From an uncultured Acidobacteriota bacterium (GTDB lineage: Bacteria > Acidobacteriota > Thermoanaerobaculia > Multivoradales > SZUA-115): a stretch of DNA of 64,000 nucleotides. The stretch is taken from the NCBI GenBank assembly GCA_963805975.1, contig CAWDVR010000002.1, positions 192,001 through 256,000 on the forward strand, given 5' to 3'. A model generated the notes under the pieces. The model saw only the letters and a program-made list of their open reading frames with translations, did no database searches and was not told where the DNA came from. Positions 42,388 to 52,898 of this stretch are shown here, piece after piece. How positions within the stretch are numbered: the stretch's first letter is position 1; each line of letters opens with the position of its first letter. Position numbers and translations under genes: made by a program.

Positions 42388-43692
42388 CTACACCGCTGCA
42401 CCATAGCGAATCAGAACCTCCGAAATCGCCCGCGCTCCAAAATCGACCGCTTCGACCGGGATGCGCTCGTCCGCGGCGTGGATGGTGGTGATGAAGTCGA
42501 GCCCCGGTGGCAGCTTCATGGGCGTGAAACCGTAGGTCTGGATGCCCAGCCGCGCGAAGAAACGGCCGTCGGTCACCGCCGGCAGCAGCATGGGCACCGG
42601 CACGGCGCCGGGGTCGGCCGCGCGCAGCACCGCGGCCAGGGTGTCGAAGAGGCCGAGGTCGACCTCGGCGCGGCCGGCCTCGAAATCCAGCACCTCGAGC
42701 TCGACCCCGGGGCCGAGGAGCGCCGCGAGCTCCGCCGCCAGGGTTTCCGCACCGAGGCCCGGCAGCACCCGGCCGTCGAGCTCTACCGTCACCTCGCTCG
42801 GCACCACGTTGAGCTTCTCGCCGCCGCGCACCACGGTCGGCGTCGCGGTGTTCGAGAGCCAGGGCGCGAAGCCCCGGCCCCTGGCCCCCAGCCAGCCCAG
42901 CACGCGGTCGGTCCACGCCGGGTCGGCGAGCCGCCGGTAGATCAGGCTGGAGGGGAACGGCAGCGCCCGGGCCATGGCCAGGAGGCGCAGGCGGGCGGCG
43001 GGGGTCACGTGCGCCGGCAGGCGGCTGCCGTCGAGGCGCGAGAGCAGCCGCCCGAGCTTGGGCATCGCTCCACCCACGACACCGAGTGCGCCGTGCCCGC
43101 CGGGCCCGCGCACCGTGGCCCGCACCCGGCAGGACTGCTTCTCCGCCACCTGGATGGGATAGAACCGCCGCCCGGCGAGGTGCTGGGTGAAGCCGCCGAA
43201 CTCGCCCAGCGCGTAGCGCACGCCCGCGAACTGCTCGGCATGCTCCTCGACCAGGAACCGCGCGCCGTAGCCGCCGCCGTTCTCCTCGTCCGCGAGCACG
43301 GCCAGGATCACGTCCCCGGCCGGCGCCAGGCCGCTCTCCCTGGCGCCGAGGACGGCCGCCAGCATCATCGCCACGCCGCCCTTCATGTCGAGGGCGCCGC
43401 GGCCCCAGACGCAGCCGTCGGCGATCTCGCCGGCGAACGGCGGGTGCTGCCAGCGCTGCTCGGCCGTGGTCACCACGTCGACGTGGCCCTGGAGCAGGAG
43501 CGGCGGCATCGCGCCGCGCCCGGGCAGGCGGGCGATCAGGTTGGGGCGCTCGGGGTCCTTGCCCAGGAGAACGGTGGAGATGCCGGCCGCGCGCAGCCAG
43601 CCGTCGACCGCCACGATGCACTCGCGCTCGCGGCCCGGAGGGTTGGTGGTGTCGAAGCGCAGCAGCTTCTGGAGGAGCTCCGCCGCCGTCAC
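42388..43692 (-). CDS. M20/M25/M40 family metallo-hydrolase (DapE/ArgE-like)
   Basis: 'QGHVDVV', 'GRGALDMKG', 'ADEE' and C-terminal 'IHAADER'; ATGA-type overlap with the upstream NRPS. Confidence 0.9.
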   Translation of the reverse strand: MTAAELLQKLLRFDTTNPPGRERECIVAVDGWLRAAGISTVLLGKDPERPNLIARLPGRGAMPPLLLQGHVDVVTTAEQRWQHPPFAGEIADGCVWGRGALDMKGGVAMMLAAVLGARESGLAPAGDVILAVLADEENGGGYGARFLVEEHAEQFAGVRYALGEFGGFTQHLAGRRFYPIQVAEKQSCRVRATVRGPGGHGALGVVGGAMPKLGRLLSRLDGSRLPAHVTPAARLRLLAMARALPFPSSLIYRRLADPAWTDRVLGWLGARGRGFAPWLSNTATPTVVRGGEKLNVVPSEVTVELDGRVLPGLGAETLAAELAALLGPGVELEVLDFEAGRAEVDLGLFDTLAAVLRAADPGAVPVPMLLPAVTDGRFFARLGIQTYGFTPMKLPPGLDFITTIHAADERIPVEAVDFGARAISEVLIRYGAAV

Positions 43693-46600
43693 GCGATGTC
43701 CACCAGGGCTCGCGCCAACGCCTCCTGCCCCACCTCGCCGAGCAGGCTCTCCTCGACCGCAGAGGCGAGGCCGGCCACGGTCGGCGACTCGACCAGCGAC
43801 CGCACCGCGAGCTCGACGCCGAAGGTGTCGCGCACCCGCGACAGCACCCGCGTGGCGAGGAGCGAATGGCCGCCCAGGGCAAAGAAGTCGTCGTGGCGGC
43901 CGATCGAGCCCACGCCCAGGAGCTCGGTCCAGATCTCGGCCACCATCTCCTCGATGGCGTTGGCGGGCGGCTCGTACGCCTCGTGCGCCGCCGCGGCCTC
44001 GGGCGCCGGCAGGGCGCGGCGGTCGAGCTTGCCGTTGGGCGTGAGCGGCAGGGCCTCCAGGAAGACGAAGGCCGAGGGCACCATGTAGCTCGGCAGGCTG
44101 CCGCCCAGGAAGGCGCGCAGCTCGGCGACGCCCAGCTCCGTGACGTTCAACTCCGGTGGGTTCGTCTGCGCGGGGCCATCGAGCACCAGGTACGCGGCGA
44201 GGAAGGCGTTCAAGCCCTGGCCCTGCTCCTGGCGGGCGACCACCACGCAGTCGCGCACCCGGGGGTGCTGGCGTAGCGCCGACTCCACCTCCCCCAGCTC
44301 GATGCGGAAGCCCCGCACTTTCACCTGGTGGTCGATGCGGCCCAGGAACTCGAGCTTGCCGTCGGGCCGGAACCGCACCAGGTCGCCGGTGCGGTAGAGC
44401 CGCGCTCCAGCGGGCTGCGCCGGGGCCCCGTCGGCGGCGCCGGCCAGGGGATGGGGCACGAACTTCTCCGCCGTGAGGCCCGGCCGCCCGAGGTAGCCGC
44501 GGGCGAGGCCCACGCCGCCCAGCAGCAGCTCGCCCGCCACCCCCACCGGCACCGGGCGGCGCTCGCGGTCCAGCACGTAGGCGCGCGTGCCGGCGAGCGG
44601 GCGCCCGATCAGCACCGGCCCGTCGCCGCGCGGCACCAGCTCGCCGGTCGAGTAGGTGGTCTCCTCCGAGGGGCCGTAGAGGTTGTAGACCCGCGCCGCG
44701 GCGGTGCCGGCGTAGAGCTCGTCCACCAGGCTCCGGGCCAGCGGCTCGCCGGCCAGGTTGATGGTCTGGACGGACCGCGGGAAGCCGCCGCTCCGCGCCA
44801 GCTCGGCCGCGGCCGAGGGCACGGTGTTGACCAGCGTCACCCGGTCTGCGGCAGGCAGGCCCGGCAGGGCGAGCGCGTTGTCCGCCAGGATCACCGTGCC
44901 GCCAGCCGCCAGCGGCACGAAGAGCTCGAACACCGAGAGGTCGAAGCAGATCGAGGTCGAGGCCAGGGTGCCGGCCAGCTCCTCGCGGCTGAAGACCGAG
45001 AGGCCCCAGCGCACCATGGCCACGGCGCTCCGGTGGGAGAGCGCCACGCCCTTGGGCTTACCCGTAGAGCCCGAGGTGTAGATCAGGTAGGCGAGGTGGT
45101 CGGGGTCGACCCGCGCCGGCTGTGGCAGCGGCGACTCGGGCGGCTCGCCCGGTTCTTCGGCATCCCCCTCTTCGAGATCCCCCTCTTCGAGATCCAAATC
45201 CTCGACCCAGAGCACCTCGAAGTCGCCGCTCGGCTGCCGCCTCGCGAGCTGGCGCTCGGACACCAGCACCGAGACCCGGCTGTCGGCGCAGAGCAGCGCC
45301 AGGCGCTCGGCGGGATAGTCGGGATCGAGCGGCACGTAGGCGCCGCCCGCCTCGAGCACGGCGAGGATCGCGACCGGCAGCGGCAGCTTGCGCTCGAGGA
45401 AGATCCCCACCCGCACCTCGGGCCCGACCCCCAGCCGTGCCAGGCGCCGCGCCAGGCGGCCCGCCCGGCAGTCCAACTGGGCATAGGTCAGCGCTTCGGT
45501 GCCGGCGATGACCGCCACCGCGCCGGGTGTCGCCAGGGCCTGGCGCCGAACCAGGCCGTGCAGCAGATCGTCGCTCGCCGCCGCCTCGTGCCCGCTCCAG
45601 TCGACGAGGATCTGCCGCTCCTCCTCCGCGGTCAGCACGGCCAAGGTCGAGAGGCGCGCGCCGGGTGCGGCCAGCGCCGCCTCGAGCAGCCGCTGGAAGT
45701 GTCCCAGCAGGCGCTTCGCCGTCGCCTCCTCGAAGAGGTCGGCGTTGTACTGCAGCGAGGCCAGAAGGCCGTCCCGCTCCTCGGCGATGGCCAGCGTCAG
45801 GTCGAACTGCGAGCCGCCGTGAGAGAGCGGCTGCGAGTCGAGGGTCAGGGCGCCGAGCGAGACGTGGGCGTCCGGCGCCGAGAGCACGTAGCGGGCGAGG
45901 CCATCCTCGCCGGCCCACCGTGCCTTGAGCCACACGAACATCGCCTGGAAGACCGGCGAGCGGCTGGCGTCGCGGCCCGCCGCCAGCTTCTCGGCCAGCA
46001 GCGGGAAGGGATAGCGCTGGTGATCGAACGCCTCGCTGAGCGTGGCCCGCGCGCGGTCGACCAGCTCGTCGAAGCTGGGATCGCCGGCGAGGTCGGCGCG
46101 CACCACCACCGGGTTGACGAAATAGCCGACCACACTGGCGAAGCCGGCGCGGTTGCCGACCGGCGAGCCGACGGCAAAGTCCCGCTGGCCGGTCCAGCGG
46201 CCGAGGAGCGCCTGGAACGCGGCCATGCCGACGGTGTAGGGCGTGGCACGGTGGGCGCGGGCGAGCTTGCGGAGCGCGGCGACTACTGGGCCCGCGATCT
46301 CGAGCTGCGCCACGTTGCCGCGGTAGGTCTGCACCGGCGGCCGCGGGCGGTCGGTGGGCAGGTCGAGCTCCGGGGTGCCGGCCAGCTTCTCCTGCCAGTG
46401 CGCGAAGTCGGCGGCGCCCTCCGCGCTCAGGACGTGCGCGCGTTGGCCGGCCACGAACTCGGCGTAGGTCGCCGCCGGCCGGCCGAGCTCGGGCATCTCC
46501 AGGAGGCCGGGCCGGTAGAGGCCCGAGAGCTCGTGGATGAGCAGGCCGATCGACCAGAAGTCGGCCACCGCGTGGTGTACCGAGACCACCATGTAGTGCT

Positions 46601-47012
46601 CGCCGGCCGAGGAGCGCAGGACCGTGATGCGGATCAGGGGGCCGGTCTCGAGGTCGAACGGCCGGTAGGCCTCCTCCTCGAGCCGGGCCTGCAGCGCTTC
46701 CGGAGAGAAGCCGGAGGCGTCCAGCAGCCGGAAGTCGAAGCGCGCCTCCGGCGAGACCACCTGCACCGGCTCGCCGGCCTCTTCGTGAAAGGTGGTGCGC
46801 AGCGTCGCATGGCGCTCCACGAGCCGGCGGAGGGCACGGCGCAGGGCCTCGAGGTCGAGGTCCCCGCGTACACGGCCGGCCGCTGCCAGGTTGTAGGCGG
46901 AGCTGTCCGGAGCCAGGCGGGCGAGATACCAGAGGGCCCGCTGGCCGAACGACACCGCGAGCCCTGGGCTCTCGGCGACGGGGTCGAGGAGGTACGAACG
47001 CTGTGCTTGCAT
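43689..47012 (-). CDS. Initiating NRPS: C(starter-like)-A(Ala)-T
   Basis: 'HHAVADFWS' C domain at the N-terminus; manually read code DLFNNALTYK (Ala type); 'GGHSL' PCP. Confidence 0.9.
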   Translation of the reverse strand: MQAQRSYLLDPVAESPGLAVSFGQRALWYLARLAPDSSAYNLAAAGRVRGDLDLEALRRALRRLVERHATLRTTFHEEAGEPVQVVSPEARFDFRLLDASGFSPEALQARLEEEAYRPFDLETGPLIRITVLRSSAGEHYMVVSVHHAVADFWSIGLLIHELSGLYRPGLLEMPELGRPAATYAEFVAGQRAHVLSAEGAADFAHWQEKLAGTPELDLPTDRPRPPVQTYRGNVAQLEIAGPVVAALRKLARAHRATPYTVGMAAFQALLGRWTGQRDFAVGSPVGNRAGFASVVGYFVNPVVVRADLAGDPSFDELVDRARATLSEAFDHQRYPFPLLAEKLAAGRDASRSPVFQAMFVWLKARWAGEDGLARYVLSAPDAHVSLGALTLDSQPLSHGGSQFDLTLAIAEERDGLLASLQYNADLFEEATAKRLLGHFQRLLEAALAAPGARLSTLAVLTAEEERQILVDWSGHEAAASDDLLHGLVRRQALATPGAVAVIAGTEALTYAQLDCRAGRLARRLARLGVGPEVRVGIFLERKLPLPVAILAVLEAGGAYVPLDPDYPAERLALLCADSRVSVLVSERQLARRQPSGDFEVLWVEDLDLEEGDLEEGDAEEPGEPPESPLPQPARVDPDHLAYLIYTSGSTGKPKGVALSHRSAVAMVRWGLSVFSREELAGTLASTSICFDLSVFELFVPLAAGGTVILADNALALPGLPAADRVTLVNTVPSAAAELARSGGFPRSVQTINLAGEPLARSLVDELYAGTAAARVYNLYGPSEETTYSTGELVPRGDGPVLIGRPLAGTRAYVLDRERRPVPVGVAGELLLGGVGLARGYLGRPGLTAEKFVPHPLAGAADGAPAQPAGARLYRTGDLVRFRPDGKLEFLGRIDHQVKVRGFRIELGEVESALRQHPRVRDCVVVARQEQGQGLNAFLAAYLVLDGPAQTNPPELNVTELGVAELRAFLGGSLPSYMVPSAFVFLEALPLTPNGKLDRRALPAPEAAAAHEAYEPPANAIEEMVAEIWTELLGVGSIGRHDDFFALGGHSLLATRVLSRVRDTFGVELAVRSLVESPTVAGLASAVEESLLGEVGQEALARALVDIA
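45162..45195. repeat. 15-bp tandem duplication (ATCCCCCTCTTCGAG x2) in the A-domain variable loop
   Basis: Encodes DLEEG-DLEEG-D. Confidence 0.7.
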
Positions 47013-47212
47013 GGTGCGGTGTTACGACGACGACGTTCAAGTGCTCGAAAGGACGCCAAACGGGACACCGACGGAGAGCAAATCCGCCCTCAACTTCTGA
47101 GAACACTAGGGTTATGAATGGCTGTTTCTTTGAGTGCCAAGGCCCTCTTTCTCTATTACCGAAAGAGCGATCGTCCCGCGAGGCCTCCCAGGCCGGGCGG
47201 TCGGCCTCTGCC
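47013..47212 (-). promoter_or_regulatory. AT-richer intergenic region; probable promoter of the NRPS-PKS operon
   Basis: 200-bp non-coding gap with visibly lower GC directly upstream of the first NRPS gene; no specific boxes assigned. Confidence 0.4.
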
Positions 47213-48295
47213 TCAGCCCGCGACGGCGCGGGCGAGGAGATCCCCGACCTGGCCGGTGGTGAGCGTACCGCCGAGGTCCACGGTGGTCTGGCGGGCGCGG
47301 ATCGCGTCCCGCACCGCGGACTCCACCACCGCCGCCGCCTCGGCGTGCCCGAGGTAGTCGAGCATCAGCGCCGCCGAGAGGATGGCGCCCATCGGGTTCG
47401 CGCGCCCGGTGCCCGCGTACTTGGGGGCCGAGCCGTGCACCGGCTCGAACATCGAGGTGCGGCCGGGATGGAGGTTGGCCGAGGCGGCGAGCCCCAACCC
47501 TCCCTGGAGCGCCGCCCCCAGGTCGGTCAGGATGTCGCCGAACATGTTGTTGGTGACGATGACGTCGAAGTTCTCCGGCGCGCGCACCATCTGCATGGCC
47601 AAGGCGTCGACGAAGAAGTGCTCGGTGGCGATCCCCGGATAGTCCCGCGCCACCTCCGCGAAGGCGCGCTGCCAGAGGCCGTGCGCGTGCTGCATCACGT
47701 TCGACTTGTCGGCCATCGTCACTTTCTTGCGGCCGTTCGCCACCGCGTAGTCGAAGGCGGCGCGGAGGATGCGCTCGACGCCCTTGCGAGTGTGGATCTC
47801 CTCCTGCATCGCGACCTCGTCCGGCGTGCCCTTCTTGAACACGCCCCCCACGCCTACGTAGGCGCCTTCCGTGTTCTCGCGGAAGACCACCATGTCCACG
47901 TCCTGCTCGGTCTTGCCCTTGAGCGGGCAGAGGCGCGCGTCGTAGAGCTTCACCGGCCGGAAGTTGATGTAGAGGTCGAGGCCAAAGCGGGTGCCGAGCA
48001 GGATGTCCGCGGCGTGCTTCATGTCCGGCACGCGGGGATCGCCGTAGGCGCCGATGAACACCGCGGCGTGGTGGTCCCGGAAGTCCTCGAGCGCGCCGGC
48101 CGGCAGGGTCTCGCCGGTCGCGAGATAACGGTCCGCGTCCCAGTCGAGGTGCGAAAGCTCGAACGGCAGGGCGAAGCGCTCGCCCACCGCCGCGAGCACC
48201 TTCACCGCTTCCGCCGTCACGTCCTTGCCGATGCCGTCGCCGGGCAGGACGGCGATCTTCTGTGGCCGCCGATCGCGGGGATGGGTCTCGTTCAT
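47213..48295 (-). CDS. Isocitrate/isopropylmalate dehydrogenase family protein (LeuB/tartrate/homoisocitrate DH-like)
   Basis: 'PGDGIG', 'RENTEG.Y', 'DKSNV', 'NMFGDILTD' and 'EPVHGSAP'. Confidence 0.88.
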   Translation of the reverse strand: MNETHPRDRRPQKIAVLPGDGIGKDVTAEAVKVLAAVGERFALPFELSHLDWDADRYLATGETLPAGALEDFRDHHAAVFIGAYGDPRVPDMKHAADILLGTRFGLDLYINFRPVKLYDARLCPLKGKTEQDVDMVVFRENTEGAYVGVGGVFKKGTPDEVAMQEEIHTRKGVERILRAAFDYAVANGRKKVTMADKSNVMQHAHGLWQRAFAEVARDYPGIATEHFFVDALAMQMVRAPENFDVIVTNNMFGDILTDLGAALQGGLGLAASANLHPGRTSMFEPVHGSAPKYAGTGRANPMGAILSAALMLDYLGHAEAAAVVESAVRDAIRARQTTVDLGGTLTTGQVGDLLARAVAG

Positions 48296-48366
48296 GTCAG
48301 GGGGGGCTCCAGGGAAGGGTTCGGGCGAGGCGGCGGGAAAATATCACGGCGGCCGCAGCCCCTCGC

Positions 48367-49143
48367 CTACGCCGCGACACGCTGCCCAGTGCGGCGCGCC
48401 GGGTCGGCGGCGACCAGCGGCGCCGAGGCGGGGAGCGGGGAGGGGACCAGCCCGAGCGCCAGCTCGAAGCTCATCGGCACCTCCGGGCAGAGGAAGGCCG
48501 AGTGCAGCGGCGTGAGCTCGGAGACCCCCAGGGCCTCCGCCGCCAGCCCGCCCTCGAGGACCTCGGCCTGGAGGGGCCAGGCCTCGACCCGCGGGTGCGC
48601 GGCATCGATCCGCGACAGCCGCTCGCGGCGCAGGACATAGCCGCGCGGCCGGTGGCGGAAGTAGGTCACCGTCGCCTCCCAGGAAGAGAGCCGCGGCCCG
48701 CTGCCGGCCATCGGCGACCCCAGCCGGGCCTCGACCGCGAGCCGGCTGCCGGCCCCGACCGACCAGCGCCAGGAGTCGCTCCCCTCGCTCGCCACCCGGG
48801 CCGGGAGCTCGAACTGCGCGGCGCTCATCGGTTGCCGGTTGAGCCAGGCCGCCGGCAGCACCCAGGCCGGCACCAGCATGCGGCGGAAGAGCACCGAGGG
48901 CACGTTCTGGCCGTCCTGCACGTAGAGGCGGAAGTTGGCCTGCGGATGGCTGAGGCGAGGCAGCGGCAGCGCCTCGAGGTGCAGGCCCTGGTGACGGAAC
49001 ACCACGGCCGAGGCGAACACGACCTTGCAGCCGGCGTCCTCGTGCACCTCGTAGGAGAGCGGCGCGGGCGGCGCGGGCAGGCTCGAGAGCGGCAGTGCCC
49101 AGTTCAGGTACAGGCAGTCGCGGAGAGTGGAGCGCACCTTCAT
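48367..49143 (-). CDS. DUF2071/YqjF-like protein
   Basis: 'LYLNWALP...LP', 'QANFRLYV' and 'HPRVEAWPLQ' resemble DUF2071. Confidence 0.65.
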   Translation of the reverse strand: MKVRSTLRDCLYLNWALPLSSLPAPPAPLSYEVHEDAGCKVVFASAVVFRHQGLHLEALPLPRLSHPQANFRLYVQDGQNVPSVLFRRMLVPAWVLPAAWLNRQPMSAAQFELPARVASEGSDSWRWSVGAGSRLAVEARLGSPMAGSGPRLSSWEATVTYFRHRPRGYVLRRERLSRIDAAHPRVEAWPLQAEVLEGGLAAEALGVSELTPLHSAFLCPEVPMSFELALGLVPSPLPASAPLVAADPARRTGQRVAA

Positions 49144-49183
49144 GAGCGGGCGGCGGGCGGGGAGGGACTGGAGCTCGAGCGAG

Positions 49184-50197
<1,014 letters not shown>

Positions 50198-50317
50198 CGC
50201 GTTTCTCGGCTTCGCCCGATCGTCACGCTCGATCGCAATTGGGAGAAGGATCGGTCAAAAGCTATCACCAGGGCTCGGGAGCGTCAATCAAGTCGCTGAC
50301 AGGTAAACGTTTCCGTC

Positions 50318-51046
50318 TCAAGTGTAGAGCGCGAGAAAGCGGTCCAGCAGCCGGTCCGACTCGGGGCTGGGCCGGAGCTGGGCGTCGAAGGTGGCCACCG
50401 CCTCGTCGCCGCCCGGCAGGTAGTCGCGGTAGACGCGCACCCGGGCCCGCATGTCGGGCTCGGACATCTCGCTGTGGAACTGCGAGCCGTAGGCCGGCTT
50501 GCCGGCGACGCGCACGAGCTGGTGGCGGCAGCGCTCGCTCGAGGCCAGGGTGAGGAGGCCGGCAGGCGCCTGGTCGATGCGGTCCTTGTGCCCGAGCTGG
50601 ATGGCGAAGCGCTCGGGCAGGCCGGCGGTGAGCGGGTCGCCGCGGCCGGCTTCGGTCAAGAAGGCATCGAAGGTGCCTACCTCTGCAGTCGCCTCGTCGG
50701 TGATCACCGTGCCGCCCAGGACGTGGCCCAGGAACTGGTGCCCCCAGCAGGAGCCGAAGAACGGCCGCTCGTCGTCGATCAGGCGCCGCACCACGCCGGC
50801 GAGCGGCGCCGTGAACTCGTACTCCTGGGTCACCGAGTGCGAGCCGGCGCCGCCCAGGATCACGGCGTCGGCGCCCTCGGTGTCCTGGTAGCGGATGGCT
50901 GGGCGCTCGGTGACGTTGTAGACCATGAGCTGCGCGCGGGATATCCGGCAGCGCTCGAGCACGCAGCCGCGCTCCTGCTCGGCCGCCACCGGATGGTCGC
51001 GCACCTGGATGAGGAGGAGCCTGACCTGCTCTCGTGGCTTCGCCAT
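50318..51046 (-). CDS. Type 1 glutamine amidotransferase (GMP-synthase-like)
   Basis: 'GSCWGHQ' nucleophile elbow and 'QFHSE'. Confidence 0.85.
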   Translation of the reverse strand: MAKPREQVRLLLIQVRDHPVAAEQERGCVLERCRISRAQLMVYNVTERPAIRYQDTEGADAVILGGAGSHSVTQEYEFTAPLAGVVRRLIDDERPFFGSCWGHQFLGHVLGGTVITDEATAEVGTFDAFLTEAGRGDPLTAGLPERFAIQLGHKDRIDQAPAGLLTLASSERCRHQLVRVAGKPAYGSQFHSEMSEPDMRARVRVYRDYLPGGDEAVATFDAQLRPSPESDRLLDRFLALYT

Positions 51047-51868
51047 CTACTTGCTCACCAGCTCGCCGGCGCGGCGGCTCGCCTCGACGATGGTCTTGAT
51101 CAGCGTCACCCGCAGGCCGCCCTCTTCGAGCTGCAGAATGCCGTCGATGGTGCAGCCGGCGGGCGTGGTGACGGCGTCCTTGAGCTGCGCCGGGTGCTGG
51201 CCGGTCTCGAGCACCATGCGGGCGGCGCCCAGGCAGCTCTGCGCCGCGAGCTCGGTCGCGATGTTCCGCGGCAGGCCCACCTTGACGCCGCCCTCGGCCA
51301 GCGCCTCGATGACGATGTAGATGAACGCCGGGCCGCTGCCCGAGAGGCCGGTGACCGCGTCGAAATACTTCTCGTCGAGCACCAGGGCGCGGCCCAGGCG
51401 CTCGAACGCGCCGTTGGCCAGGGCGAGCTGCTCCGGGCTCGTCCACCGGCCGCCGCAGAGCACGGTCATGCCGGCGCCGATGAGCGCCGGGGTGTTGGGC
51501 ATGGCCCGCACCACCGGCACCGATGCCGCCAGGCGCTGCTCGATGAACGACGTCGAGACGCTGGCCAGGATCGAGAGCACGAGCTGGCGCGGCTCGAGCA
51601 CGTCCCTGAGCTCGGCCAGGAGGCCCTCCGCGCCCTGCGGCTTGACGCCCAGGAGCACCACGTCCGCGCCGGCCGCGGCCTCCCGGTTGTCGAGCGTGGT
51701 GGCGACGCCGAGCTCGCGGCCCACGGCCTCCAGCCGCTCGGCATGGCGGGCGGTGGCGACCACCGACCCGCGCTCGACCACGCCGGATTCGATCCAGGCG
51801 CGGGCGAGGGTCGAGCCCATCTTACCGGCGCCAAGGATGGCCAAACGTCCCAGTCGTGTCGTGCTCAT
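51047..51868 (-). CDS. proC: Pyrroline-5-carboxylate reductase
   Basis: 'ILGAGKMG', 'GVKPQ', 'RAMPNTP', 'SGSGPAF' and 'VTTPAGCT'; start MSTTR at 51868. Confidence 0.93.
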   Translation of the reverse strand: MSTTRLGRLAILGAGKMGSTLARAWIESGVVERGSVVATARHAERLEAVGRELGVATTLDNREAAAGADVVLLGVKPQGAEGLLAELRDVLEPRQLVLSILASVSTSFIEQRLAASVPVVRAMPNTPALIGAGMTVLCGGRWTSPEQLALANGAFERLGRALVLDEKYFDAVTGLSGSGPAFIYIVIEALAEGGVKVGLPRNIATELAAQSCLGAARMVLETGQHPAQLKDAVTTPAGCTIDGILQLEEGGLRVTLIKTIVEASRRAGELVSK

Positions 51869-51941
51869 GGTCGTAGATCCTGGAGCCAAACGGCCGGCAC
51901 AGGCTTCTGACGGCCGGCACAGGTCCGGCCGTCTGGCTTTC

Positions 51942-52847
51942 TCATTCGCGGCCGCCGGCGAGCATCGCCTTGAGCACGTGGCCCGCGACCTCGGGGTTCT
52001 CGCGCAGGCGGCGGATCGAGTACGGGTACCAGTCGACGCCGTAGGGCACGTAGACCCGGAGCCGATGACCCTGCTCGAGGAGGATCGAGCGCAGGCCCTC
52101 GTCCACCCCCAGGAGCATCTGGAACTCGTAGCGGTCGCGCGGCACGCCCAGCTTGTCGACCAGCGCCGTCGCCGCGCAGGCCAAGTGCTCGTCGTGGGTC
52201 GCAATGCCGACGTAGACGCCGCGGGTCAAGAGCTTCTCGAGCGCCGAGACGAAGTTCCAGCGCACCGTGTCGTAGCCCTTCCAGGCCACCCGCCGCGGCT
52301 CGATGTAGATGCCTTTGCACAGCCGCACGTTGGCGCCCTGGGCGGGCAGCTCGTCGATGTCCTTCAAGGTACGCCGCATGTAGGCCTGGAATACCACCCC
52401 CAGGTTGCCGTGGCGCTCGAACAGGCGGCGGTAGATGCGGAGCGTGGAGTCCGTGGTCGAGGCGTCCTCCATGTCGATGCGCACGAAGTTGCCGCGCTCC
52501 TTGGCGGCGACCACCAGGCGCTCGATCGAGGCCTCACAGAATCCCTCGTCGATCTTCAGGCCCAGCATCGTCGGCTTGATCGACACGTTCGAGTCCAGGC
52601 CCTGGGCCGCGATCTCCTCCAGGCAGCGCAGGTACTCTTCCACCGAGGCCTCGGCCTTGGCGCGCTTCGAGACCTCCTCGCCGAGCACGTCCAGCGTCGC
52701 CATGGCGCCCTGGGCGTTCAGGCGGCGGACGGTGGCGAGCGCTTCCTGGCGGGTGGAGCCTGCCACGTAGCGGGCGGCCACCCGGCCGACGATGAACTTC
52801 GGCACCAGCGGCAGCGTGGTGACGACCAGCCGGGAGAAGAGGCTCAT
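51942..52847 (-). CDS. Proline dehydrogenase (monofunctional)
   Basis: 'RYVAG', 'SIKPT', 'IDMED', 'RLCKGIY', 'ATHD', 'EFQMLLG' and 'YVPYG..WYPY..RR..E'. Confidence 0.92.
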   Translation of the reverse strand: MSLFSRLVVTTLPLVPKFIVGRVAARYVAGSTRQEALATVRRLNAQGAMATLDVLGEEVSKRAKAEASVEEYLRCLEEIAAQGLDSNVSIKPTMLGLKIDEGFCEASIERLVVAAKERGNFVRIDMEDASTTDSTLRIYRRLFERHGNLGVVFQAYMRRTLKDIDELPAQGANVRLCKGIYIEPRRVAWKGYDTVRWNFVSALEKLLTRGVYVGIATHDEHLACAATALVDKLGVPRDRYEFQMLLGVDEGLRSILLEQGHRLRVYVPYGVDWYPYSIRRLRENPEVAGHVLKAMLAGGRE

Positions 52848-52898
52848 CGGGCGGTCGCGACGGTCCGGGGAGGCGGTTCTCGGTAACGGGGACGGCTG

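Noticed and set aside
51869-52204. N-terminal extension of ProC in the ORF track
   Set aside because: Overlaps the proline dehydrogenase gene in another frame; ProC homology starts at 51868
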